This document shows, one piece after another, positions 49,707-59,156 of a stretch of DNA of 64,000 bases (positions are counted from its first letter, which is position 1; each line of letters opens with the position of its first letter). A program made the translations under genes and the position numbers. Source of the DNA: Stellaceae bacterium (GTDB lineage Bacteria; Pseudomonadota; Alphaproteobacteria; ATCC43930; CGMCC-115725); NCBI GenBank assembly GCA_035604035.1, contig DATNJF010000404.1, positions 10,853 to 74,852 on the forward strand, given 5' to 3'. The notes beneath the pieces were generated by a model. It worked only from the letters and a program-made list of their open reading frames with translations, did no database searches and was not told the DNA's origin.

Positions 49707-50296
49707 CGGCGCGGCTCGGTGTGGCCTTCGGCTTGGCGTTGCTGGCGTTGGCCGCGTGGGCGCCTTGCGCACGCGCCGATATAAGCACGGCGCTCAACCC
49801 GTTCAGCGGCTACTACAACAACATTGCTCGGGCCGCCGAGGCCAACGACGTCGCCAAGGTCCGGGCACTATTGTCGAGCGGCAACAGCGCCAACGAGACC
49901 GAAGCGGACAGCCAGCGCACCGGCCTCCATACCGCGGCGATAAACGGCAATCTCCAGATCGCCGCGATCCTCATCAAAGCCGGAGCGCGGATCGACGCGC
50001 GGGACAATCTCGGCAACACGCCATTGCAATACGCTGCGGATCACGACCATCTCGAGATGGCCAAGCTTCTGATGGATGTCGGCGCACAGGTCGATGCCGA
50101 GAACAAGAATGGGATGACTGCGCTAATGATCTCGGCCAAGGATGGCAACGTCGAAATGGTCCGCACCCTGCTGGCTCGCGGTGCCAACCCGAACAAGTCG
50201 GATTACACCGGGCGCGATTCGCTGGGCTGGGCGCTTGACAGCCATCGCCCCGCGGTCATCGCGATCCTCAAGGACGCCCAAGCGCGCAAGCACTAG
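49703..50296 (+). CDS. secreted ankyrin-repeat protein
   Basis: Signal peptide MTARLGVAFGLALLALAAWAPCARA, then 3-4 ANK repeats (TGLHTAAINGNLQIAAILIKAGARIDARDNLGNTPLQYAA..., NGMTALMISAKDGNVEMVRTLLARGANPN). ATGA overlap with the cobK stop. Confidence 0.85.
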   Translation: MTARLGVAFGLALLALAAWAPCARADISTALNPFSGYYNNIARAAEANDVAKVRALLSSGNSANETEADSQRTGLHTAAINGNLQIAAILIKAGARIDARDNLGNTPLQYAADHDHLEMAKLLMDVGAQVDAENKNGMTALMISAKDGNVEMVRTLLARGANPNKSDYTGRDSLGWALDSHRPAVIAILKDAQARKH

Positions 50297-50305
50297 GGCC
50301 GGGTG

Positions 50306-51064
50306 CTACCCGCGCCGGGGGCGCAGCACATGATGGTGGTCGGTGGCGTAGAGCCGGCTGTCGTTGCCGCCGCCGGCGAGCGCCGGGCCGACCAGGATCA
50401 GCGCGGTGCGGGTGATGCCGGCGGCCTTGGCTCCGTCGCGGATCGTCGCTAGCGTGCCGCGGATCAACAATTCGTCCGGCCAGCTAACCCGGTAGGCGAC
50501 GATTGCGGGGCAATCGGCGCCGTAATGCGGAACGAGCATGCGCACCACCCGCGCCAGATTGGCGATCGACAGATGGATGGCCAGAGTCGCGCCGCTCACG
50601 GCGAGGCGGTCGAGCTCTTCGCCCGCCGGCATCGCCGAGGCGCGCGTCGCGGTGCGGGTGAGGATGATCGTCTGGGCGATGCCGGGCAGCGTCAGCTCGC
50701 GGCGCAGCGCCGCCGCCGCCGCGGCGAAGGCCGGCACGCCGGGGGTCACGTCGTAGGGAATGCCGAGGGGGTCTAGCCGGCGCATCTGCTCGGCGATCGC
50801 GCCGTAGAGCGAGGGATCGCCCGAATGCACCCGGGCGACGTCATGTCCTGCACGATGCGCCGTTTCGATCTCGGCCACGATCTCGTCGAGGGTGAGCGGC
50901 GCGGTATCGACCACCCGCGCGCCCGGCGGCGCGGCAGCGACGATCTCCGGCGGCACCAGCGATCCGGCGTAGAGACAGACCGCGCAGGTCTCGATGAGGC
51001 GCAGGCCGCGTACGGTGATGAGGTCGGCGGCGCCGGGTCCGGCACCGATGAAATGTACCGTCAC
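50306..51064 (-). CDS. cobM: precorrin-4 C11-methyltransferase
   Basis: [18 protein letters not shown]...[18 protein letters not shown] overlap with the upstream gene. Confidence 0.9.
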   Translation of the reverse strand: MTVHFIGAGPGAADLITVRGLRLIETCAVCLYAGSLVPPEIVAAAPPGARVVDTAPLTLDEIVAEIETAHRAGHDVARVHSGDPSLYGAIAEQMRRLDPLGIPYDVTPGVPAFAAAAAALRRELTLPGIAQTIILTRTATRASAMPAGEELDRLAVSGATLAIHLSIANLARVVRMLVPHYGADCPAIVAYRVSWPDELLIRGTLATIRDGAKAAGITRTALILVGPALAGGGNDSRLYATDHHHVLRPRRG

Positions 51065-52866
51065 TTCTTGCTGTAGCCGCGCGGCGTGTAGAAGCGCGGC
51101 GGGTCGCCGGGAATGACGCGGCTCTCGCTATTGCCGACGATGACGATGGTCAGCATGTCGATATCCGCCTCGACGAGATTGTCCAGCATCGTGACCCGCC
51201 AGCTCTCGCCGGTGCGCCCGAGATTGCGCGCGATCAGAACCGGAGTGTCCGGCCGGTGATGGGCGAGAAGGATCGCCGCCGTCTCAGCAAGCTGGGAGGA
51301 TCGTCGCATCGAGCGCGGGTTGTAGAGGGCCACGACAAAGTCGCCAGCCGCGGCGGCTTCGAGCCGGGCGCGGATGGCCGGCCACGGGGTCATCAAATCG
51401 GACAGCGAGATCGCGCAGAAATCATGGCCGAGCGGCGCCCCGGCGCGGGCGGCGGCGGCCTGCATCGCGCTCACCCCCGGCGACACCAGGATTTCGACCG
51501 CCCCCCAATCGCGCCGCTCTTCGCGATCCAAAAGCTCGAACACCAACGTCGCCAAGCCATAGATCCCCGCGTCGCCCGACGATATGAGGGCGACGTTCCT
51601 GCCCTCGGCGGCAAGGTTGAGAGCAAGCCGCGCCCGCTCTTCCTCGTCGCCGATGACGCTGGGGTGCAGGGTCTTCTCGGTCGTCGCGCGCCCGAGCAGG
51701 TCGAGATAGAGGCCGTAGCCGACGATGTCGCTGGCCTGGGCGATGAGCGCGCTTGCCTCCGGCGTGCGCCATGAGGCATCGCCCGGTCCGATACCGACGA
51801 TCGCCAGACGACCGCGCGGCCGTCCGATCGCCGCGGCGTTGATCGGTGCCGCGGCGCGGGCGATGGCGCAGGTTGCGTGCCGCGACTTGCGCTTGGGCGC
51901 GACCAGTACGCCGCCCGGACCCGCCGCCGCCAACGCCGCGCCCTCGGCGACGCCCCAGCAGCCGGTGGCGCGGAACACCGCCTCGGACTTCTCGGTGAGG
52001 CGCGGGGTCTCGTCGAGCAGGCGCTCGCTGGGAAAGAAACGCGCCGCCACGCCGAGCCGCTCGGCGAGCGCGTGGATGCCGGGCTCGGCGAGCTTCAACT
52101 CGACCGAAACCACCGCGGCCACCGCGTCCGCGGCAAGCCCCGCTTCGGCCAGGCATCTGTCGGCGAGCGACACGATCTCGTCGGAATCGCAGTTGCGCTC
52201 GCAACCGATGCCCAAAGCCAGCATCGGCGGGTGGAAGACAAGCGCGGTTTCGTCGGCCGTCACTGGGTGATCGCTAACCCGCACCGAGAGCTCGGCGTTC
52301 TTGGCCCAGGCGATGCCGGTGTCGCGCAACCATTCGGCGCAGCCGAGCTCGTCATGAAGCCTGACCGGCTGGCCGGCGATCAGCGCGGCGGCAACAGGTT
52401 TTATCCGCTCCGGATTAGCAATACGCCAACCACGAGGTGGCTCGTCGAGCGCGAGGCCGAGCCGGAGGTCGCCGGCGGTGGTGATTGCCGCGACACCGCC
52501 GAGGGCCTTGGCAAGAACGCGGGCGATTTGGTTGGCGCCGTGATGTCCGCCCAACAGCGGCACCGCGACCGAGCCATCCTCGGCAAGGGCGACGACCGGC
52601 GGCTCGGCGCGCTTGTCATCCAGATGAGCCGCGAGCGCGCGAATCAGGATGCCGCTGGCGCAAATGCCCACGATCGGCCGTCCCGCCGCGAACAGATCGG
52701 CGAGATGCGGGACGACGCCGTCATACGTTTCGTCCCAATCGCCGGCCAAGGCGCGAGGCCCGTGCAGACGCGCCTCCGGCAGGAGGTCGCAGATTCTCCG
52801 TCCGAGCACCGTCGCGCTTGGCCCAAGCACGACGACCGCGGCACCGTTGGGCAGAGGCCGCTTCAT
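51061..52866 (-). CDS. cobJ: fusion protein: CbiG-like (cobalt-precorrin-5A hydrolase N, mid and C/CobE domains) plus precorrin-3B C17-methyltransferase (CobJ/CbiH)
   Basis: 601 aa from MKRPLPNG. CbiG_N ([49 protein letters not shown]), CbiG_C/CobE ([16 protein letters not shown]), then the methylase ([18 protein letters not shown]...SSGDAGIYG). ATGA overlap with the cobI stop. The 5' part of the 736-aa ORF is antisense to cobI and was rejected. Confidence 0.85.
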   Translation of the reverse strand: MKRPLPNGAAVVVLGPSATVLGRRICDLLPEARLHGPRALAGDWDETYDGVVPHLADLFAAGRPIVGICASGILIRALAAHLDDKRAEPPVVALAEDGSVAVPLLGGHHGANQIARVLAKALGGVAAITTAGDLRLGLALDEPPRGWRIANPERIKPVAAALIAGQPVRLHDELGCAEWLRDTGIAWAKNAELSVRVSDHPVTADETALVFHPPMLALGIGCERNCDSDEIVSLADRCLAEAGLAADAVAAVVSVELKLAEPGIHALAERLGVAARFFPSERLLDETPRLTEKSEAVFRATGCWGVAEGAALAAAGPGGVLVAPKRKSRHATCAIARAAAPINAAAIGRPRGRLAIVGIGPGDASWRTPEASALIAQASDIVGYGLYLDLLGRATTEKTLHPSVIGDEEERARLALNLAAEGRNVALISSGDAGIYGLATLVFELLDREERRDWGAVEILVSPGVSAMQAAAARAGAPLGHDFCAISLSDLMTPWPAIRARLEAAAAGDFVVALYNPRSMRRSSQLAETAAILLAHHRPDTPVLIARNLGRTGESWRVTMLDNLVEADIDMLTIVIVGNSESRVIPGDPPRFYTPRGYSKK

Positions 52867-53558
52867 CGCTTGCCACCGCGCACCAGCGCCATCGCAAAGT
52901 AGGGCACCCCATCGGGCTCGACGTCGGCGAATGTGGCGACGCGCTGCCGCGTCTGCGTCGCGCGCTCGATGTAGATCGTATCGTCGAGACGGCCGAGCCC
53001 CGCCAGCACCCGACGCAGCTTGCCGGCATGGCGACCCAATTTGATCACCGCCGCGGTCTCGGCGTCGGCGAGGCGGCGGATAAGCTCGTCTTCGGCGAGG
53101 GTCGCGGGAATCACCATGACCGTTTCGTCGCGCTGGGCGAGCGGCGTCCCGGCGGCGGCGGCGCAGGCGGTCAGTGACGAGACGCCGGGCACGACCTCCA
53201 CGCGGTAGCGCGGCGCGAGGCGAGTGAAAATCGCCGCGAAGGTGCCGTAGAAAAACGGGTCGCCCTGACAAAGAAAGGCCACGTCCCGGCCGCTGTCGAG
53301 CTCGGTGGCGAGGGTCGCGGCGGCGGCATCGTAGATGGCGTGAGGCGGCGGCCCGGGACGCATCGGGAAGGCGATGCGCACCTGGCGCTGCGCCGGGCTG
53401 AGGAATTCCGCGACGATGCTGCGGGCAAAACTGTCGCCGGTCTCGGGCGCCGGATAAGCGATGACCGGCACGCCGCGCAAGAGACGTAGCGCCTTCAGCG
53501 TCACCAGCTCGGGATCGCCCGGCCCCAGCCCCAGCCCGTAAAGCACACCGAGCGCCAT
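52863..53558 (-). CDS. cobI: precorrin-2 C20-methyltransferase
   Basis: LYGLGLGPGDPELVTLKALRLL...CQGDPFFYGTF. Confidence 0.9.
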   Translation of the reverse strand: MALGVLYGLGLGPGDPELVTLKALRLLRGVPVIAYPAPETGDSFARSIVAEFLSPAQRQVRIAFPMRPGPPPHAIYDAAAATLATELDSGRDVAFLCQGDPFFYGTFAAIFTRLAPRYRVEVVPGVSSLTACAAAAGTPLAQRDETVMVIPATLAEDELIRRLADAETAAVIKLGRHAGKLRRVLAGLGRLDDTIYIERATQTRQRVATFADVEPDGVPYFAMALVRGGKR

Positions 53559-53559
53559 C

Positions 53560-55239
53560 TCACTTAGGCCTTACCCGGTAGAGGGTCAGCACCATGCGCT
53601 GTCCGTTTGAGTAATCGGTGCCGCGGATGCTACCGATTGGCGTCGCTTCGAGACCGTGCGCCGTCAGCCCTTGCAGGAACTGCGCATCCTCGCGGCCGCC
53701 GACCAACGCCTCGCCGCCACCCGCCAATTCGGTCACCGCATTGGTCACCATGGTCATCCGCAGCTTGCCGCCCAGCAAAAAGACCAGGCTCGGTTCGGCG
53801 TAGCCGAGTGTGACAAGCGGCGTGCCCGGCGGCGGTGGGTCGCCAGCGATCAGCAGCGCGGCGCCGCGGCTCAGCCATAGCCGGTCGAGGCTCGGAAGAA
53901 CCCAGATGCCCACGGAAATGGTCAGGGTGAGGGATAGCGCGGCGATCGTCGCGGCGCTTGCTACCGGAGCCGGCCGCCGCCACAGCAATATCGTCATCAG
54001 GATGACCAGGACGGCGGCCGTAACCGGTCCGGCGATGTCGACTCCGGGTCCGAAGCGGATCGGCAACACGATCAGCGCACCGCCGATGATGACAACGGTT
54101 ACAACGACCCACAGCGCCTCGACGGCACGCCTCGTCCAGCGTGCCCAAACCCGCTCGGCCTGATCGATTCCTTCGGCGATCGTGCCGGCAGCAAGCAGCG
54201 CCAGCGCCGGATAGAGCGGCAGGACGTAATGCGGCAGCTTGGTCGGGATCAGCTCCATCACCACCCAGGCCGGGACGATCCAGGCCAGCAGGAACCGCAC
54301 CAGCGGCTGCTCATGGCGTTGCCAGCCGCGGATCAACGCCGGCGCCAGATAGAGCGATCCGGGCCAGAACGTGATCATCATTAGCGTCAGATAGTAGAAC
54401 GGCGGCGCGCCATGTGATTCCTGTCCGCCCAGCAGTTTCGTCAGAAAATCATGGCCTAGCGAATCTGCGAGAAAGCGACCTTCGGTCGCCTGCTCGATCG
54501 CGTAGAGCCACGGCGCGATTGCCAACCCAGTCGCGATCAATCCGGCCAGCGGCCGCAGCGTGCGCAGCCAAGCCGTATCGCGATCGGCGATGGACAGCGT
54601 CGCTGCGGTCGCCAGCGCCAGCGCCGGCCCGACCGGTCCCTTGAGTAGGATCGCCGCGATTTCGGCGAGCCAGAACGCAATTGCGACGTCGATGCCCACC
54701 GGCTTGCCACGGCGCGCCCGCACATAGGCGAGACCAAGCGCTCCTTGCCCGGCGACGATCGCGGCGAGGAGCGCCGCATCGGTCTTGGCGATGTGCGCCT
54801 CGGCCATCGTGCCGAGTGAAGTGGCGAGCAGAACCGCCGCGACCAGCGCGATTCGCGGCGCAGCGGCATTACCTTCCGGCGCCTCGCTCAGGAGAGCCCG
54901 GCCGAGACCGAAGGTCAGCAGCACGGCAAGGCTCGCGCCGATCAGCGACGGCAGGCGATACGGCCAGATTGCGGTCGATCTCGGATCGCTGAACGCGCTG
55001 ACGGAGGCGGCCTGCAGCCAATAGATGCCACCCGGCTTCTGGTTGCGCGCCTCGTTCTGGAACCGGATATGCAGGAAGTCGTCGGTCTCCAGCATCTGCC
55101 GCGTCGCTTGCGCGAAGCGGGCTTCGTCGCGGTCGAGCACCGGGATTGAGCTCATTCCGGGCAGATACAGCGCCAGGCAGAGCACGCCGAGCAGCGCGTA
55201 GGGCCGCCAGCCGACGAGAAGGGGCGCGATCCGCGCCAT
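53560..55239 (-). CDS. glycosyltransferase family 39 (ArnT/PMT-like) polytopic membrane protein
   Basis: 559 aa from MARIAPLLVG. VLDRDEARFAQATRQM (GT-C DE motif) and more than 10 TM helices. Its stop lies 1 nt before the cobI ATG. Confidence 0.8.
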   Translation of the reverse strand: MARIAPLLVGWRPYALLGVLCLALYLPGMSSIPVLDRDEARFAQATRQMLETDDFLHIRFQNEARNQKPGGIYWLQAASVSAFSDPRSTAIWPYRLPSLIGASLAVLLTFGLGRALLSEAPEGNAAAPRIALVAAVLLATSLGTMAEAHIAKTDAALLAAIVAGQGALGLAYVRARRGKPVGIDVAIAFWLAEIAAILLKGPVGPALALATAATLSIADRDTAWLRTLRPLAGLIATGLAIAPWLYAIEQATEGRFLADSLGHDFLTKLLGGQESHGAPPFYYLTLMMITFWPGSLYLAPALIRGWQRHEQPLVRFLLAWIVPAWVVMELIPTKLPHYVLPLYPALALLAAGTIAEGIDQAERVWARWTRRAVEALWVVVTVVIIGGALIVLPIRFGPGVDIAGPVTAAVLVILMTILLWRRPAPVASAATIAALSLTLTISVGIWVLPSLDRLWLSRGAALLIAGDPPPPGTPLVTLGYAEPSLVFLLGGKLRMTMVTNAVTELAGGGEALVGGREDAQFLQGLTAHGLEATPIGSIRGTDYSNGQRMVLTLYRVRPK

Positions 55240-55415
55240 CAGCCGCCGACCGACGAGGAACGGTAGAGTTTCAAGATCGAACTGAACCTTCTCGTGATTT
55301 GGCGCACGGCTGGCGCAACGTTCTTGGCGCAAGCGGGGGGCGCTCCTCCCGCGTTCACGATCGCGCGATGACGAATAGTCGATTGAAAACGGGCCGTCCA
55401 TCCCGCGCAACCCGT

Positions 55416-56624
55416 TCAGCCCGGCTTGACCGCCGCCCATTGCGTCACCGCGATCAGCCGCCGCCAGGCATGACGGCCGCCCAGCGGCTCGGCTCGGCTG
55501 ACGGCGAGCCGAGTAAGGCTGCCGCCGTGACGCGCCTGGCATTCGAGCACCGCGCGCTCGCCCTCAACGCTGATGACATTGGCGACAAGGCGCCCGCCAG
55601 GCCGCAGCGCCTGCCATAGCGCCGGCAGCAGGTCTGGCTCGCCCATGCCGCCGCCAACGAAAATCGCATCAGGGGTGGGGAGGCCGGCAAGCGCCTGCGG
55701 TGCGGCGCCGTTGACGATGCGCAAATCCGGCACGCCGAGCACAGCGGCGTTGCGCGCGATCATCGCCACGCGCGCCGGATCGCGCTCGATCGCCACCGCC
55801 GACAGGTTGTCGCCGCCGCGCAGCCATTCGATCGCCACCGAGCCGCAACCGGCGCCAACATCCCACAGAGTTTCGCCGCTGAGCGGCGCCAGCGCCGCCA
55901 AGGTCGCGGCGCGGATTTCGCGTTTGGTGAGCTGCCCATCATGCTCGAACGCGCCGTCCGGCAGTCCGGCGAGGCGCGGCAACCCGCGCACCCCCGGCGT
56001 TGCCTGGCATTCGAGAGCGATGGTGTTGAGGTCGGCGGCCTTGCGGCTTCCCCAATCCTGCGCCGTGGCTTCGACTGTGCGTTCCGCTGGGCCGCCGAGA
56101 TGTTCGAGCACGGCCAACCGGCTCGGCCCCCAGCCGCTTCCGGTCAGGAGTTGCGCCACCGCGCGCGGGGTGTCGCCGTCCTCTGAGAGGATCAAGACGC
56201 GGTGGCCTTCGGCGAGGTGAAGGCGCAGCGTGTCGAGCGGACGGGCGTGCAGGCTCAGCGTCGTGCAATCGGCAATCGGCCAGCCTAGCCGCGCGGCGGC
56301 GAAGCTGAACGCGCCCGGATGTGGCAGCACGGTCATCGCCTCGCGGGAGAAGCGGCGGGCGAGGATCGCGCCGGCGCCAAACCACATGGGGTCGCCGCTG
56401 GCGAGCACGACGACCCGCCGGCCGCGATGCGCGGCGATGGCGGCAATCGAGTCGGAGAACGGCTGCCGCCAGGGGAGGCGGTCCGCAGCGCTGTCCGGAA
56501 CCATCGCCAGATGCCGCGCGCCGCCGACGATCACCTCTGCGGTCTCGACCAGCGCGCGCGCCGCGGGCGCGAGGCCGGCGAGCCCATCGTCGCCGATGCC
56601 GATAATGGTGAGCCAGGCGGTCAT
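55416..56624 (-). CDS. cobL: precorrin-6Y C5,15-methyltransferase (decarboxylating), CbiE plus CbiT domains
   Basis: 402 aa. WLTIIGIGDDG...LASGDPMWFG, then the SAM motif LWDVGAGCGSVAIEW. Confidence 0.9.
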   Translation of the reverse strand: MTAWLTIIGIGDDGLAGLAPAARALVETAEVIVGGARHLAMVPDSAADRLPWRQPFSDSIAAIAAHRGRRVVVLASGDPMWFGAGAILARRFSREAMTVLPHPGAFSFAAARLGWPIADCTTLSLHARPLDTLRLHLAEGHRVLILSEDGDTPRAVAQLLTGSGWGPSRLAVLEHLGGPAERTVEATAQDWGSRKAADLNTIALECQATPGVRGLPRLAGLPDGAFEHDGQLTKREIRAATLAALAPLSGETLWDVGAGCGSVAIEWLRGGDNLSAVAIERDPARVAMIARNAAVLGVPDLRIVNGAAPQALAGLPTPDAIFVGGGMGEPDLLPALWQALRPGGRLVANVISVEGERAVLECQARHGGSLTRLAVSRAEPLGGRHAWRRLIAVTQWAAVKPG

Positions 56625-57250
56625 GGCTCCGGTCTCGCCAGCGCATTCACTGCGGCGGCGGCGAGCGCGCTGCCGCCCCGTCGCCCTCTAAGCGCTATAA
56701 AGTCGGTGCCGTCGAATTCCGCCAGTGCCGCCTTGGCCTCGACGGCACCGACAAAGCCGACCGGAAAACCGAGCACCAGTGCGGGTTTAGGCGCTCCGTC
56801 CGCAATCATCTCGAGCAAATGAAATAGCGCCGTGGGAGCATTGCCGATCGCGACTATGGCGCCTGCGAGATACGGCCGCCACAACTCGACCGCGGCGGCC
56901 GAGCGCGTGGTCTTCAGGGTCTCGGCAAGCTCGATGGTCTTGGGGTCGTTGAGGGTGCAGATGATGTCGCTTTTCCCCGGCAGGCGCCCCCCCGTGATCC
57001 CGGCAGCCACCATGCGGCTATCGACGAGGATCGGCGCGCCCGATGCCAGCGCGCGTTTGCCTTCAGGAGCCGCATTCTCCGACCATAGGAGGTCGTCAAG
57101 GATCGAAATGTCGCCTGCGGCATGGGCGAGCCGCACCGCCAGCGGCCTCAGTTCGGGTGGAAAGCGGGTCAAGTCGGCCGCTTGCTCGATCAGGGCAAAG
57201 GATCGCTCATAGATAGCCGCGGGATCGCGCAGGTAGGCGTAACGCCTCAT
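56621..57250 (-). CDS. cobH: precorrin-8X methylmutase
   Basis: 209 aa. AIYERSFALIE...VAIGNAPTALFHLLE. ATGA overlaps on both sides. Confidence 0.9.
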   Translation of the reverse strand: MRRYAYLRDPAAIYERSFALIEQAADLTRFPPELRPLAVRLAHAAGDISILDDLLWSENAAPEGKRALASGAPILVDSRMVAAGITGGRLPGKSDIICTLNDPKTIELAETLKTTRSAAAVELWRPYLAGAIVAIGNAPTALFHLLEMIADGAPKPALVLGFPVGFVGAVEAKAALAEFDGTDFIALRGRRGGSALAAAAVNALARPEP

Positions 57251-58203
57251 GCTAACAGCGAACTTTCCCTCGCCCCGCGAGCGGGGAGAGGGTCGGGGTG
57301 AGGGGCCGGTGGCTGTTTTGACGCTCGCACTCGCGGCGTCATCACCCCCAGCGTCCAGGCCTCTTCAGCCAACACTTGCTTTACGGCGGCGTCCGAGATC
57401 GGCGGGATGAACCATGACGCAAGCTCACCGGCACGATCGCGCGCGGCAAAGAGGCGGGCGACGGTGCGCACTTGCGCTTTGTCGTTGGGCGGACCCAGCT
57501 TGGGGCAGACCTTCCACCATGACGGCCAGACCTCGGCGAAGACGATGCGAGCGTCATCGGGCAGGCCGAGCCCGGTCTCAAAAGGCCAGACGCGGGCGAC
57601 ATCCACCCAGCGCGGGTCGTCGCGCAGGGCACGCACCATCGGGATCCCGGTCAGTACCTGACTCCCGACCGACCCCGTATAGGCCAGTTTCCAGCAAGGC
57701 TGCGCGCCGACCATCCAGTCGTCGATCAGGCGGCGTTCCTCCAAGGGTTCGTCGGTTGTGTGACCTCGGTGATGGCGCGGACCCAGAAAGTCCCCGGCCG
57801 CACTTGCCGGGCATCCCCAAAACGGAAATGCGGCGCCCGATACCCGGCGATTGAGCTCGGCGCCAACCTCGAACCGGTTGTTGTGGTTGTCCGCGTGGTC
57901 GTCGATGAGGCGGGCGATCTCGTCCCAGGTCGAGCGCCACGGTGTACCGTTAAGGCCGAGCCGCTTGGCGAAGCCGGCGGGATAGCCGAACGGGAAGTCG
58001 AACCCGGCGACGACCCGCTCGCCCTTGTCCACCGCATCCGCGAGCATACCGGCAAGCAGCTCACGCGCCGCATGCCGGGTCGGCAGATTGGCGACGGTCT
58101 CACCGTCGGGACAGAGGCGGCAAATCCAGATGCTGTCGCGCCCAGTCTTGGGCGTCGCCGCGGCGCTCCAATCGACGATGATGTAGGTGTCGAACAGCCT
58201 CAA
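57247..58203 (-). CDS. uncharacterised 318-aa protein embedded in the cob operon (position usually held by cobG)
   Basis: TTG start 9 nt after the cbiX stop. Its TGA overlaps the cobH ATG. The N-terminus is MRLFDTYIIVDWSAAATPKTGRDSIWIC. No cob family was recognised. The last roughly 20 codons run through a GC-rich palindromic element (57267-57310). Confidence 0.6.
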   Translation of the reverse strand: MRLFDTYIIVDWSAAATPKTGRDSIWICRLCPDGETVANLPTRHAARELLAGMLADAVDKGERVVAGFDFPFGYPAGFAKRLGLNGTPWRSTWDEIARLIDDHADNHNNRFEVGAELNRRVSGAAFPFWGCPASAAGDFLGPRHHRGHTTDEPLEERRLIDDWMVGAQPCWKLAYTGSVGSQVLTGIPMVRALRDDPRWVDVARVWPFETGLGLPDDARIVFAEVWPSWWKVCPKLGPPNDKAQVRTVARLFAARDRAGELASWFIPPISDAAVKQVLAEEAWTLGVMTPRVRASKQPPAPHPDPLPARGARESSLLA

Positions 58204-58212
58204 GGCCGCGCC

Positions 58213-59127
58213 TCAGCGATGCGGATGCGGGTGGTCGTGGTCATGATCGTGATGATGGTGATGATGCTCGCCATCGGCGCCGCGAACGTGATGGTGGTGC
58301 GCCTGCTGCTGCGCGCCGGCCTCCTTCTCGTAACCGACGATCTGAGCGCGGTATTTGCACAGCTGACAGTTCATCGCCGGGCTGCCTTCGGCGATTTCGC
58401 CGACGCGTTCCACAAAGGCGTCGAGCAGCAGCGGGTGGTCGCGCAGATAGGCGGCCTTGGCGAATTCGATCCCGGGATGCCGCCCGGCGGCTTCGTCGGT
58501 CTGGGCGTAGATGCGTTTCACCAGGATTCCGGTGAAGAGGAAATACGGGAACACGACGATGCGGCGGAAGCCCAGCCGCGCCGCGCGGTCGAGCGCGGCA
58601 TCGACGCGCGGATGCGCGACCCCGCTATAGGCCACCTCGGCCCAGCCGAAGCCCAAGCCTTCCCACAGCATGCGGGCGATCTTGGAGATGTTCGAGTTGG
58701 CGTCGGGGTCATTGGTGCCGCGGCCGACAACGACGAGCAGCGAGTCCGAGCGGTCGCCCGGTGCCGCCGCGGCGATGCGCTCGGCGGCGGCGTTGATCAG
58801 CTTGACCTCGATCCCCAGATCGCGGCCGAGGCGCACATCGATGTCCGGATTCTCGGCGATGAAGCTGTTCATCTCCCACGGCAAATCGTTCTTGACGTGG
58901 CTGGCGGCGAACAGCATCCCCGGCACCGCGTAAATGCGCCTGGCGCCGCGAGCGGTTAGCGCAGCGAGCCCGTCGCGGATCGTCGGGGTGGCGAATTCGA
59001 GATAGCCGGTGGCGAAATCGTAATCGGGGAAGCGCGGCCGCAGCGCCCTGGCGAGCAGTTCGAACTCGCGAACCGCCTCCGCGTCGCGGCTGCCATGGCC
59101 GCAGATCAGCACCCCCGTTTCGGTCAT
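58213..59127 (-). CDS. cbiX: sirohydrochlorin cobaltochelatase, long-form CbiX with Cys motif and His-rich tail
   Basis: VLICGHGSRD and VVVGRGTNDPDAN duplicated chelatase halves. MNCQLCKYR Cys motif. The tail is HHHHVRGADGEHHHHHHDHDHDHPHPHR. Confidence 0.85.
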   Translation of the reverse strand: MTETGVLICGHGSRDAEAVREFELLARALRPRFPDYDFATGYLEFATPTIRDGLAALTARGARRIYAVPGMLFAASHVKNDLPWEMNSFIAENPDIDVRLGRDLGIEVKLINAAAERIAAAAPGDRSDSLLVVVGRGTNDPDANSNISKIARMLWEGLGFGWAEVAYSGVAHPRVDAALDRAARLGFRRIVVFPYFLFTGILVKRIYAQTDEAAGRHPGIEFAKAAYLRDHPLLLDAFVERVGEIAEGSPAMNCQLCKYRAQIVGYEKEAGAQQQAHHHHVRGADGEHHHHHHDHDHDHPHPHR

Positions 59128-59156
59128 TCCCCATCCTTCCAGTATGGTGCCGGGCG

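Noticed and set aside
55240-55415. Candidate cobalamin riboswitch in the cobL-GT39 spacer.
   Set aside because: No B12-box-like core or the conserved GGGAA/GCCACTG-type elements were recognisable by eye. Only a weak stem (aacggg...cccgtt) is present. This needs a covariance-model scan to be definitive.
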